Source: a bacterium
Lineage (GTDB): Bacteria > Patescibacteriota > Saccharimonadia > Saccharimonadales > SZUA-47
DNA: 64,000 bases
Direction: 5' to 3'
NCBI GenBank assembly: GCA_030427125.1
Contig: JAUHXF010000001.1
Span: forward strand, 19,091 to 83,090
Part shown: positions 54,547 through 63,395 of the stretch, one piece after another
How positions within the stretch are numbered: position 1 is the stretch's first letter
How the letters are laid out: every line of letters begins with the position of its first letter
The notes under the pieces: generated by a model
What the model saw: only the letters and a program-made list of their open reading frames with translations
Told to the model about the DNA's origin: nothing
The model's database searches: none
Position numbers and translations under genes: made by a program

Positions 54547-55995
54547 ATGAAAAAAGTTGTCATTATCGGCGGTGGCTTCGGTGGGTTGTCTGCTGCGTGC
54601 TACTTGGCTCGTGATGGCTATGATGTAACGTTGCTTGAGAAAAACGATCATGTTGGTGGTCGCGGTATGGTCATGAAGGACAAGGGATATACGTTTGACC
54701 TGGGTCCAAGCTGGTACATGATGCCCGATGTGTTCGAAGATTTTTTTGCAGATTTTGGTAAGAAGACGTCAGAGTATTTTGAACTTGTGAAACTAGATCC
54801 ATCCTATAAGGTTTTTTTCGCCAATGAGCAATATGATGTACATGACGCACCAGAGGTGTTTACGCTATTTGAAGCGCTCGAAAAAGGGTCGTCGGAAAAA
54901 TTAAAGCTGTTCCTAAAGCAAACCAAAGAAGAATACGACACGGTTCGAAAAAATCTTCTCGAGCTGGCCATGACGAATCCAACTGATGCCCTGAATAGCT
55001 CAGCGATAAAGATGCTATCAAGACCTGAGTTGGTTGGCTCATACCATCGGCGGGTGAAACGCTATGTGAAAGACGAGAGGCTACAAAAAATTCTAGAATT
55101 TATGGTTGTCTTTATGGGCGGTTCACCTAAAAACATTCCTGCACTCTATTCGCTGCTTGCCTATGTCGACATGGGGCTTGGCATTTGGTATCCAATGGGC
55201 GGTATGAGTAGGCTTGCAGCCGCCTATGAAAAGCTTGCATTAGAACTAGGTGTAGCAATTCATACAAATCGTGAAGTAGTCGGGATAACACGTAAGAATG
55301 GTCGAGCCAATATTGTTGAAACAGTCGATGAGGCCTTTGATGCTGACATTGTTGTTGCTAATGCAGATTATCAGCATGTTGAGACAAAACTTCTTGGAAT
55401 AGAATCAAAAAAATGGGACAAGATGACCATGTCACCGTCCGGCTTGTTGATATACCTTGGCATAAATAAGAAGATTCCATTTTTGCGTCATCACAATCTG
55501 TTTTTTGATGTTGATTGGGACGCCCATTTTGGAGAAGTATTTGACCAGAAAGTATGGAGTGAAGAGCCGTTGTTTTATATTGGCGCGCCATCTGTCACTG
55601 ACCCTAGCGTTGCGCCAAAAGGGAAAGAAAATATCTTCATATTGGCTCCCATGGCAAGCGGCATCAAGGTAGACAAGGAGCAGGAGACGAGGACAGTAAA
55701 TAAAATTTTAGAAAGGATCTCTAAGCATACAGGTGTAGATATTGATAAACATACAGACGTTAAGCATGTGAGATCGCATCAGTATTTCATAGAGACGTTC
55801 AATGCATTCAAGGGTAATGCCTTTGGTCCAGCTCATACACTGAAGCAATCAGCTATTTTCCGCCCTAAAATGCAGAGTAAGCATGTACAAAATCTCTACT
55901 TTGTTGGGCAGTTTACTAACCCCGGTACAGGCGTGCCTTTGGTGACGATATCTGGTAAAGTTGTTGCAACGCTTATAAACAAGCGGGAGAAATAA
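54547..55995 (+). CDS. crtI: Phytoene desaturase family FAD-dependent oxidoreductase
   Basis: Dinucleotide fold VVIIGGGFGGLSAA, LGPSWYMMPDVFE and C-terminal FVGQFTNPGTGVP. Confidence 0.85.
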   Translation: MKKVVIIGGGFGGLSAACYLARDGYDVTLLEKNDHVGGRGMVMKDKGYTFDLGPSWYMMPDVFEDFFADFGKKTSEYFELVKLDPSYKVFFANEQYDVHDAPEVFTLFEALEKGSSEKLKLFLKQTKEEYDTVRKNLLELAMTNPTDALNSSAIKMLSRPELVGSYHRRVKRYVKDERLQKILEFMVVFMGGSPKNIPALYSLLAYVDMGLGIWYPMGGMSRLAAAYEKLALELGVAIHTNREVVGITRKNGRANIVETVDEAFDADIVVANADYQHVETKLLGIESKKWDKMTMSPSGLLIYLGINKKIPFLRHHNLFFDVDWDAHFGEVFDQKVWSEEPLFYIGAPSVTDPSVAPKGKENIFILAPMASGIKVDKEQETRTVNKILERISKHTGVDIDKHTDVKHVRSHQYFIETFNAFKGNAFGPAHTLKQSAIFRPKMQSKHVQNLYFVGQFTNPGTGVPLVTISGKVVATLINKREK

Positions 55996-55996
55996 T

Positions 55997-56662
55997 ATGC
56001 CTATCTATGCATTATTCTTACTTGGTATAACCTTAATAATCATTTCACTGAATTACTACTATAAATTGCATCTGTTTTCTATGAAATGGCAGGGTTTATT
56101 AGCTGGTTTTGGGGTTGTATCATTGCCGTTTATCATTTGGGATATCATCGCTACAGATAATGGCCACTGGGCATTTAACGAGGAGTTTATACTCGGACCA
56201 AAGCTATTTGGGCTACCTATTGAGGAGATTCTTTTTTTCTTCTTGGTGCCTGTTGTCATGCTTATTGTGTGGTATCTCGTTCGTTTTCGAGTGAAAGAAC
56301 GCTACATTGATACAACGATGTTTTATCGTCCGGTGCTCGTGTTTTTATTTTTCTCATCTTTGCTGACAATACATAGACCATACACGTTCATTGTCACGGC
56401 TGCAGCGACATTATTCTGGTTCGTCGCGGGAAAGACAGATTTCATGAACTCATATCGCTTCATTGTGTTTCAGTTCTGGCTTGTGCTGCTGTTCTTTATC
56501 TCTAACACATTGCTCACCTGGCCACCAGTCGTCACATATACAGATGGTGCAATTATGGGGTTGCGGATTGGGACTATCCCGATTGAAGATTTTCTCTACA
56601 ACTTCGTGCTCATCAATGGTTTCATATTGGCATATATGAAAACCGAGCGCCTGAAGAACTAA
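55997..56662 (+). CDS. Lycopene cyclase domain protein (fused CrtYc/CrtYd type)
   Basis: Two internally repeated membrane halves, each with the hPhEE-type motif (GLPIEEILFF and GTIPIEDFLY). It starts 1 nt after the crtI stop. Confidence 0.75.
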   Translation: MPIYALFLLGITLIIISLNYYYKLHLFSMKWQGLLAGFGVVSLPFIIWDIIATDNGHWAFNEEFILGPKLFGLPIEEILFFFLVPVVMLIVWYLVRFRVKERYIDTTMFYRPVLVFLFFSSLLTIHRPYTFIVTAAATLFWFVAGKTDFMNSYRFIVFQFWLVLLFFISNTLLTWPPVVTYTDGAIMGLRIGTIPIEDFLYNFVLINGFILAYMKTERLKN

Positions 56663-56686
56663 ACTGTTGAATAATTAGCATAACTG

Positions 56687-56695
56687 TGATATAAT
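56687..56695 (+). promoter_or_regulatory. Extended -10 promoter (TGaTATAAT) 6 nt upstream of ATG 56702; leaderless mRNA predicted
   Basis: TGATATAAT-ATGATT-ATG. Confidence 0.5.
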
Positions 56696-56701
56696 ATGAT
56701 T

Positions 56702-57025
56702 ATGAATCGACTACTTTTTGATGGTCCTAAATTCGACTCTAATGATTCTGGTGATGCAGCACTTGTAGACCCCCATGTTCCTAACAGATCAAGGGCGCAG
56801 GGCGAAGATGTCGAGGGCAGGGATAGATTAACAAATGCAGAAATGCTGGAAATTGATCATCCTCAAACTGTCTCAGTTGAGTTATCGGCAAAGGATATTG
56901 CAATGCGAGCAGCGCAAAGAATTAAACCAGAGGAACCTTTTTCTTACCGGAACTTACCAAGCGGTTCTGACGGGCTAGCTGAAGACCGTGCTCGAGCACT
57001 AGGTAGAACAACAGATGACGAATAG
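56702..57025 (+). CDS. Hypothetical protein
   Basis: About 107 aa, acidic, with no motif. The ORF-track ATG at 56696 abuts the -10 box, so I prefer 56702. Confidence 0.45.
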   Translation: MNRLLFDGPKFDSNDSGDAALVDPHVPNRSRAQGEDVEGRDRLTNAEMLEIDHPQTVSVELSAKDIAMRAAQRIKPEEPFSYRNLPSGSDGLAEDRARALGRTTDDE

Positions 57026-57803
57026 TTCAACAGGGTATCAACCCGAGCTTGAAGGTATGCCAAATCACGAAGTTAAAGAGCCGCGTGTAGTTGCATTTGG
57101 GCGATTTTTGAAAGGTGATATCTATACGGACGCACTCGTCACTCCGGATGTGAACGTTACAGACGAAGAAGCTCATTGGTTTAATGTTGGAGCAATAAAG
57201 AAAATTTTTCTCGGACCAGTAGACGTAGATGAGTATCGAGCAGCAGATAGGTTTGATGGAGTGCTATTGAGCCCGGCGGAAAGGACAGCTTTAGTTAGAA
57301 GCCCAACGATGCTTGCTCAAACAGCAATGGATAGAACAGTAAATGCGGGCCATGATTTGACTGAAGAGAGATTGGCGGCGGCAGAACGCAGTAGAGGTCA
57401 CATTGCTCAATCAAAGCTTGATGCAATGAATGAAATAGCAGACGGAATAGCTGGCCGTTTAGCAGATGTAGAAGAACTAAGAAAAGAAGCTAGAGCTCCA
57501 GGATTCGCACATAAATCACCTACGCGCATGCACGAACTGCTGTCTGCTTCTTGGCAGGAATTCTTGAACATGTCAGATATATTGCAGATAAAGAGAAACT
57601 GGGATGATGACAAAAAACTACGCTTTCGTAAAGTAGTCAGAGACCATTTGACTACTGGTAGTCAGAGAGATAGAGTCGCACATTGGCATGAGTTTCTAGA
57701 TTTTCAGAGCACTTATCTTAATCGAAAGCATCACATTTTTGGCAGGCAAATAGCAAAAACAAGAGCATTACTAGGGGATGAAGTCTCAGAGGAGAGTCGG
57801 TGA
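57015..57803 (+). CDS. Hypothetical protein
   Basis: 262 aa, soluble, with no recognised motif. It overlaps both the upstream gene and the downstream dus-type gene. Confidence 0.5.
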   Translation: MTNSSTGYQPELEGMPNHEVKEPRVVAFGRFLKGDIYTDALVTPDVNVTDEEAHWFNVGAIKKIFLGPVDVDEYRAADRFDGVLLSPAERTALVRSPTMLAQTAMDRTVNAGHDLTEERLAAAERSRGHIAQSKLDAMNEIADGIAGRLADVEELRKEARAPGFAHKSPTRMHELLSASWQEFLNMSDILQIKRNWDDDKKLRFRKVVRDHLTTGSQRDRVAHWHEFLDFQSTYLNRKHHIFGRQIAKTRALLGDEVSEESR

Positions 57804-58762
57804 AGGGTGACCCATTGTTCTTTCTGGCGCCGATGGATGATGTGACAGATACGGTTTTTCGTCGTATTGTCGCTGATTGTGCAGCACCAGACTACACCAT
57901 GACTGAATTCGTTAACGTTGACGGGCTGTGTAGTCCGGGCCGAGACAGATTGATACGAAAGCTCGATAATACACAAGACGAAGTGCCGGTAGTCGCACAA
58001 ATCTGGGGGAAAAAGCCAGAGAATTTCAAAACGATAGCTCGGGAAATCGCAGATGGAACTATCCCAGGATTTTCTGCAATTGATATTAACTTCGGCTGTC
58101 CTGCTAAGAGTGAAGTAAAAGCGGGTTGTTGCTCAGCATTGCAGCAGCTAGAACTGCGTCCTGAGGCAGCAGCAATGATTGAAGCAACTCTCGAGGGGGC
58201 TGGCAATATGCCGGTAAGCTTCAAGACTCGTTTAGGTTTCGATAAGATCGACTACTCTTGGCACGAATTCCTTTTAGGCTACAAGCCGTGGGTGCTGACG
58301 GTGCACGTTCGTACTACCAAAGAAATGAGTAAGGTCCCAGCACACTGGGAAGCTATACAGCCTATTTTGGAACTGAGAGACAAGATTTCACCTCAGACAA
58401 AAATCATTATGAACGGCGACATTGCGAATAGAAAACACGGCGAGGAAATCATAGAAAAATACGGCGTAGATGGAGTAATGATTGGCCGTGGCATTTTTCA
58501 CGATCCCTATGCCTTTGCGGAGGTCGGACCTCAGAAAGAGAGTCCGTGGGTGTCAGTCGATCGCGATGCACGCATCGAGCATTTTCGTCGTCACGTCGAA
58601 CTCCATATCAAGCAGTGGCCTAATAACATGAAGCCATTTAATCCCTTGAAGAAATTTGCAAAGGTATATATCTCTGATTTTCCGGGTGCAGCTGAGTTGC
58701 GTGCTAAGGTCATGGAAATAGAAACAGCTGACGAAGCTCTAGATTTGATAAATAACCTGTAG
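57800..58762 (+). CDS. dus: tRNA-dihydrouridine synthase
   Basis: LAPMDDVTDTVFR, INFGCP and a TIM-barrel pattern. Its GTG start overlaps the upstream stop. Confidence 0.85.
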   Translation: MKGDPLFFLAPMDDVTDTVFRRIVADCAAPDYTMTEFVNVDGLCSPGRDRLIRKLDNTQDEVPVVAQIWGKKPENFKTIAREIADGTIPGFSAIDINFGCPAKSEVKAGCCSALQQLELRPEAAAMIEATLEGAGNMPVSFKTRLGFDKIDYSWHEFLLGYKPWVLTVHVRTTKEMSKVPAHWEAIQPILELRDKISPQTKIIMNGDIANRKHGEEIIEKYGVDGVMIGRGIFHDPYAFAEVGPQKESPWVSVDRDARIEHFRRHVELHIKQWPNNMKPFNPLKKFAKVYISDFPGAAELRAKVMEIETADEALDLINNL

Positions 58763-58788
58763 CTACTATACGAACTTCAGACCAAAGA

Positions 58789-59130
58789 TTAATCAGAGTA
58801 TTTTTCGCCCCACTCAGCCATAGAGCTGAGGATGTCTGTCAGGCTTTTACCTTTCTCGGTTAGCTCATAGGTATAGCGCGGAGGGTGTCTATTGTACTGT
58901 TTACGAATAATAATTCCTTGATTTTGTAGAGAATCAAGTCTTGAACTGAGTGTCCGCGGGCTGATTCCAGCTAATTGTGTCTCTAAGTCACCGAAAGTTC
59001 TTGCTTCTGTTACTAATTGACCGACAAGTAGGGGGCTCCACTTGTCTCCAAGAATTTTTAGTGCAGCATGAATGCAGCCTGGTCTTTTTTCTACTTGCTT
59101 GACTTGTGGTTTAGGGGAGGTGAATGACAT
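58789..59130 (-). CDS. HxlR family transcriptional regulator
   Basis: LKILGDKWSPLLVGQL...FGDLETQLAGISPRTLSSRLDSLQNQGII..PPRYTYELTEKG. Confidence 0.85.
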   Translation of the reverse strand: MSFTSPKPQVKQVEKRPGCIHAALKILGDKWSPLLVGQLVTEARTFGDLETQLAGISPRTLSSRLDSLQNQGIIIRKQYNRHPPRYTYELTEKGKSLTDILSSMAEWGEKYSD

Positions 59131-59303
59131 GTGAGATTTCTCTGGTTCCCTGCCATTTTACCACGTAGAGACTTTACAAAATATAGTCAAGTACTGTAGA
59201 CTCTGATTAAACCAGTCACTATACATAATGTAGTGACAGGGGAACAGTATGCATTTAATAAATTCAAAATAATTAATCTCAAATATTTTAAGGAGATAAA
59301 AAT

Positions 59304-59849
59304 ATGAGTAAGAACCTAAAACTTATTATCGGCTCTACCCGACAGAATCGTAATGCGAAGCCTGTTGCAGATTGGCTCGTAAAAACAGCGAGTGAAGCAG
59401 GCTATGATCTCTCATTACTGGATCTTAAAGAAATAAACTTACCTAAATTTGATGCAGGTGTTTCACCGATGTATGCCCCAGTGGATACTCCGGAAGCGAA
59501 AGCATGGGCAGCAGAGATTGCAGAAGCTGATGGGCTTGTTTTCCTTACAGCAGAGTATAATCGCAGCATTCCTGGATCGTTGAAAGACGCGATTGATTAT
59601 CTGTATGCAGAGTGGAATGACAAGAAGGTAAGTATCGTAAGTTATGGCTGGATTGATGGTGGTGGGAGTGCGACAAAGCACCTAACCGAGATTCTAAACT
59701 GGGTAAAGACGAAGATAGTTGGCCCAGAGATTGCTATTCCATTTACTGAGGCGACGTTTGACGAGCAATTTCAGTTCAAGGATATTGACGCCGCACTTGG
59801 GGGTATAAAAGACGACTTTATTGCGCAGCTCGAAGCATTATCGCAGTAA
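59304..59849 (+). CDS. NADPH-dependent FMN reductase family protein
   Basis: LKLIIGSTRQNR and FLTAEYNRSIPGSLKDAID. AAGGAG lies upstream. It is divergent from the hxlR-type gene. Confidence 0.8.
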   Translation: MSKNLKLIIGSTRQNRNAKPVADWLVKTASEAGYDLSLLDLKEINLPKFDAGVSPMYAPVDTPEAKAWAAEIAEADGLVFLTAEYNRSIPGSLKDAIDYLYAEWNDKKVSIVSYGWIDGGGSATKHLTEILNWVKTKIVGPEIAIPFTEATFDEQFQFKDIDAALGGIKDDFIAQLEALSQ

Positions 59850-59855
59850 TATCAC

Positions 59856-59883
59856 TTGTTACTCTGGTAGTTACTCCTATAAT
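59856..59883 (+). promoter_or_regulatory. Sigma-70-type promoter for tRNA-Met
   Basis: TTGTTA, 16 nt spacer, TATAAT. A second TATAAT lies at 59888-59893. Confidence 0.45.
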
Positions 59884-59919
59884 TCAGTATAATGACCTCT
59901 ATCAAACAGTATCTACCGT

Positions 59920-59995
59920 GGGGCTGTAGCTCAGGGGTTAGAGCAGTCGGCTCATAACCGATTGGTCGCTGGTTCAAATCCAGCCAGCCCCACCA
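59920..59995 (+). tRNA. tRNA-Met (CAT), elongator-type, CCA encoded; a lysidine-modified tRNA-Ile2 cannot be excluded
   Basis: Acceptor GGGGCTG/CAGCCCC, anticodon loop CTCATAA, T arm GCTGG-TTCAAAT-CCAGC. It lacks the 1:72 mismatch and the three G-C pairs of initiator tRNAs. Confidence 0.85.
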
Positions 59996-60031
59996 CTGAT
60001 GCTGTTTTTTTAATGGTAAAATGTATTCGTA

Positions 60032-60472
60032 ATGGAATACTTACAAACAAAAATTTCTCAAATAAAGTCTTTCTTAGCCAAACAAAAGCTAGATGATTCA
60101 AGATTACTTGGCCTGCTATTGCTCGCTGTCATTGGGCTCAGTGTTGTTTGGAACGGCGCGAAGGTTGTCCAGCAGAATTACGATCTCGTACAGAAAATCG
60201 CAGTACTTGAGGAAGAGAATCGAATCCTAGAGCTTGAGAATAGAAACAGAGAAATACAGATTGAGTATTACAAAACTCCAGAGTTTGCTGAACTGAAAGC
60301 CCGTAAGGTCAACGGTAAGGCTGCTAAAGGCGAAGAAGTCTATATCGTCACGAATGATGTTGCTCTCGCAAGCTTGCAGTCATTACCGGATGACCAGCAA
60401 GATGCAACTACTCAAAAACCCGAGTACCAACAAAATTTTGAGGACTGGATTGATTTCTTCCTTGGCTCTTAA
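60032..60472 (+). CDS. FtsB/DivIC-like septum formation initiator
   Basis: N-terminal TM helix, a leucine-zipper-like coil (VLEEENRILELENRNREIQIEYY) and a PEFAELKAR block. Confidence 0.6.
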   Translation: MEYLQTKISQIKSFLAKQKLDDSRLLGLLLLAVIGLSVVWNGAKVVQQNYDLVQKIAVLEEENRILELENRNREIQIEYYKTPEFAELKARKVNGKAAKGEEVYIVTNDVALASLQSLPDDQQDATTQKPEYQQNFEDWIDFFLGS

Positions 60473-62232
60473 AAGTGTGTTTCTATAATTGCGTCTAGGG
60501 ATCGATTAATATTGTTACGAAGCAATGCTTTAGCAAGATGGTCGTTTCGACGAGACAACGGGTTGTGGATCAAGTTCAAGTCATATTCCAGAAAAATACA
60601 ATAGATTTTCATTTCAGGGAACATGGGCTGTATCTCTTCATGGAGCCATTTAATGGTGTGGCTTTGCTTGTATACGCAGTTAATCTCCGCTGTAAAAGAT
60701 GTGTGCGCCTCAAATTTTTCTTTGAATGTTTGTAGGTAGTCTGGTGGGCAAGAGAGGAGTCGTTCTGTGTCGGGATCATACTTTCCAGAAGTACGTTTTC
60801 CCCCGTTTGATACGGTAATTGCTGGCATGTAGGTACCAGTTCTGCTCACCGGGTGATCACTTGCTGTGTTGTGGTGGTCGACGAACAATATCTGCTTGAT
60901 GCCAGCTTTATGTGCTTTTTTTAGCGACTTAAGGATTTTTGAGCGATATGCTTTCGCGTACTTACGTAGAAATAAGACTCTCTCCTCTTCGCTAAACTCT
61001 AATCCCTCCTTAAATACTTCGTTTCCGTAGAAGTCCGTTTCTCTGAAGGCCAGTGTTGGATTTTCACCTTGGGATAAGTCGCACAAAATTCGGTTGGCAT
61101 CGCCTTTTATATGATCAAAAGCAGCATAATGCTTCGAAGTGAACCCCGTGAATGGATCACCCATCCGCCACACTTCATACTCACTGAGCGCGACTCTATC
61201 TCGGTATTTTGCTGGAATTGTCGTCTTGGCGTGCGGAGCAGCTACAATAAGGGGTAATTTCGTGTCCTTTTCAGAACGGAGTGATCTTACGAGTGCATCA
61301 CCAATTGCTGTTCCGATACGCCAGTAAAAATCTGTTCCATCATGTGTGGAGTTTGCGACACTAGGCCGAGAGTTTAGTTCAATGAGCCTATATCCGTCTT
61401 CCGTCCTCACAAAATCAGCTCGGACTAAGCTCGGATGATTGTTCTGTAGTGCAGTTTTAATACTATCGATTGCATCATGTAAAGAAGGCTCTAGTTTTTG
61501 GACGTCAATAGGCGTATTTGGTCCACTGGTGGCCCTGGTTTGACTTGAGATTATATGACCTTCGTGAAGTCGTTTATAGCGTGCCCCAGCCACTTCACCA
61601 TTTATTAACCACACCTTTAGTTCGTGTGTTCCTTCAAACAATCCTGGGATTCCACCACTTGAGTCTAGATACTCTTGAAGGAGTATATTTTTCCAGTCAT
61701 CGTATAGCGTCTCTTCTACTTTATCGACATCTATTAGATGTACGCCCTCAGATTTTTCTCCATACCGTGGTTTAGTTATTATTTTTTTACTTGTGAATTT
61801 TTGTAGGATTTCTTTTGCTTCTGTATAACTATGCGCAATGTAGGTACGTGGGGAAAACGCTTTGAACAAATTATACGTTGCTAACTTATCTCGACACAGT
61901 CCATCAATCTCTTTCGAGTTACATGTTGGGATATCATTAATCTTTCGGTGAGTATTCTTTGAGCCTCGGACCCACAAGAGATCAACGTGAATTGATTTTT
62001 CAATTGTTACAAATTTTTGCTTTTTTTTGGACCAACTCGAGTATTTAGTGAAAACCCCCTTTTTTGTGTAGGTGTCACCTCGAACAATGACTACCTTTAC
62101 GCCTTGGGATTCAATGTAGCCGATGATTCCCCGGTATGCTTGTACAAAGGTCAAGGTAGTAAAGGGTGCGCCCATAGGCTTCGGATCGGAAAAGTAGATG
62201 CCTATTACTGATCTTTTTTGTAGGTTACTCAT
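60469..62232 (-). CDS. Fusion protein: N-terminal ATP-grasp ligase-like domain plus C-terminal N-formylglutamate amidohydrolase (FGase)-like domain
   Basis: ATP-grasp blocks ITKPRYGEKSEGVHLI, LLQEYLD, HELKVWLINGEV and ADFVRTEDGYRLIELNSRPS. FGase-like blocks LIVAAPHAKTTIP, GDPFTG, NRILCDLSQ and LFVDHHNT. Confidence 0.55.
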   Translation of the reverse strand: MSNLQKRSVIGIYFSDPKPMGAPFTTLTFVQAYRGIIGYIESQGVKVVIVRGDTYTKKGVFTKYSSWSKKKQKFVTIEKSIHVDLLWVRGSKNTHRKINDIPTCNSKEIDGLCRDKLATYNLFKAFSPRTYIAHSYTEAKEILQKFTSKKIITKPRYGEKSEGVHLIDVDKVEETLYDDWKNILLQEYLDSSGGIPGLFEGTHELKVWLINGEVAGARYKRLHEGHIISSQTRATSGPNTPIDVQKLEPSLHDAIDSIKTALQNNHPSLVRADFVRTEDGYRLIELNSRPSVANSTHDGTDFYWRIGTAIGDALVRSLRSEKDTKLPLIVAAPHAKTTIPAKYRDRVALSEYEVWRMGDPFTGFTSKHYAAFDHIKGDANRILCDLSQGENPTLAFRETDFYGNEVFKEGLEFSEEERVLFLRKYAKAYRSKILKSLKKAHKAGIKQILFVDHHNTASDHPVSRTGTYMPAITVSNGGKRTSGKYDPDTERLLSCPPDYLQTFKEKFEAHTSFTAEINCVYKQSHTIKWLHEEIQPMFPEMKIYCIFLEYDLNLIHNPLSRRNDHLAKALLRNNINRSLDAIIETHF

Positions 62233-62267
62233 TATGTGTATAAGTATAGTTCTGCTTTAGCGTTTTC

Positions 62268-62861
62268 TTAAGAAATAATATTCGTGATGCCGTCAATAAT
62301 TAGTCCTACGCCATATGCACCAACAATGAACCCATTCATTCTAAGAAGAATCTCGGCATTTTTATCAAACATGATGTTGTATTTGTTAGGCAGGTAATGC
62401 CTAGCGGTCATTAGGGCTGCTACAGCTACAAAAGTCGCGAGCATAACAATCAGCAGGGTAGTGATACCTTTTATTGGTCTGAGCGCCTCCCCGATAAGAA
62501 TGCTTAATGTAATAGTTCCTGCGCCCACCATGAATGGGAGCGCCACTTCTGAAGCGATCTTGCCTATCTCGCCTCTCGTGGTAATCATTGATTTCTTACC
62601 CTGCAAGATGAAGCTTAGGGCAAAGCTGACGAGTACGATGCCACCAAAAATTCGAAAGGCCTCGAAGTCGATTTGTAGAAACTCGAACAATCCTTGTCCA
62701 AATAGAACAAATGCACCGTAAATTATAAAAGCAATCGCACAGGCGCTAGCGAGGATGCGGTAGAACGTACCCAGGCCCTGCTCCTTGTAGAGCGGGACCA
62801 TATATATGAATAGTGCGAACGGGTTGAGTAGGATGAGAAATGAAACTATATATGCGAACAT
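62268..62861 (-). CDS. MarC family (UPF0056) membrane protein
   Basis: 197 aa and six TM helices, with an LLNPFALFIY pattern at the N-terminus. Confidence 0.7.
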   Translation of the reverse strand: MFAYIVSFLILLNPFALFIYMVPLYKEQGLGTFYRILASACAIAFIIYGAFVLFGQGLFEFLQIDFEAFRIFGGIVLVSFALSFILQGKKSMITTRGEIGKIASEVALPFMVGAGTITLSILIGEALRPIKGITTLLIVMLATFVAVAALMTARHYLPNKYNIMFDKNAEILLRMNGFIVGAYGVGLIIDGITNIIS

Positions 62862-62914
62862 GCGAAGCCGATAATAGCAGGTTTATTTCTTCGTTACCAT
62901 AAGATTTTTTATGT

Positions 62915-63223
62915 TTAGTATCTCAAGATTTCAACTATTGAAAGCTCTTTGAGTTTATTCTTTTTTGAGGTTGCATCTTGACTAAGGATGAGTATTTGCT
63001 TGTCAGTGTTTTGCTCACAAATCGACTTGTTTTGCGGCGTCTGCTCTTTCCCGTCCATGCAGCTTGTGTAAATATCGTTTTGTAGCGCCGTTGCATTTTG
63101 GATTTGTCCGTCAAGCTTAGTGATTTCTCTGTCGACCTCACTCTTCTTATACAGATAGAAGCTCGATAACCCTACTACGAGAATCATGAGGATAAATAAC
63201 AAACCGATGAAAAAGTTTTTCAT
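62915..63223 (-). CDS. Hypothetical membrane-anchored coiled-coil protein
   Basis: I prefer ATG 63223 (MKNFFIGLLFILMILVV...). The longer ORF-track N-terminus from 63340 looks non-coding. Confidence 0.4.
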   Translation of the reverse strand: MKNFFIGLLFILMILVVGLSSFYLYKKSEVDREITKLDGQIQNATALQNDIYTSCMDGKEQTPQNKSICEQNTDKQILILSQDATSKKNKLKELSIVEILRY

Positions 63224-63380
63224 ATGCACGATTATCTCACAAAAACAAAAACCCATCCGATGATGGGTCTTTATCTTGGTAGCCCAGGTGGCTTCAGTTA
63301 GGAACGATATTCTAGCTGAGTTGAGTCGGTGGAGACACATAGAATACGGATATAACTAAATTGTAATATATAAAAAACCG

Positions 63381-63389
63381 TGTTATAGT
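63381..63389 (+). promoter_or_regulatory. Extended -10 promoter (TGtTATAGT) 6 nt upstream of ATG 63396; leaderless mRNA predicted
   Basis: TGTTATAGT-ATACCA-ATG. Confidence 0.5.
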
Positions 63390-63395
63390 ATACCA

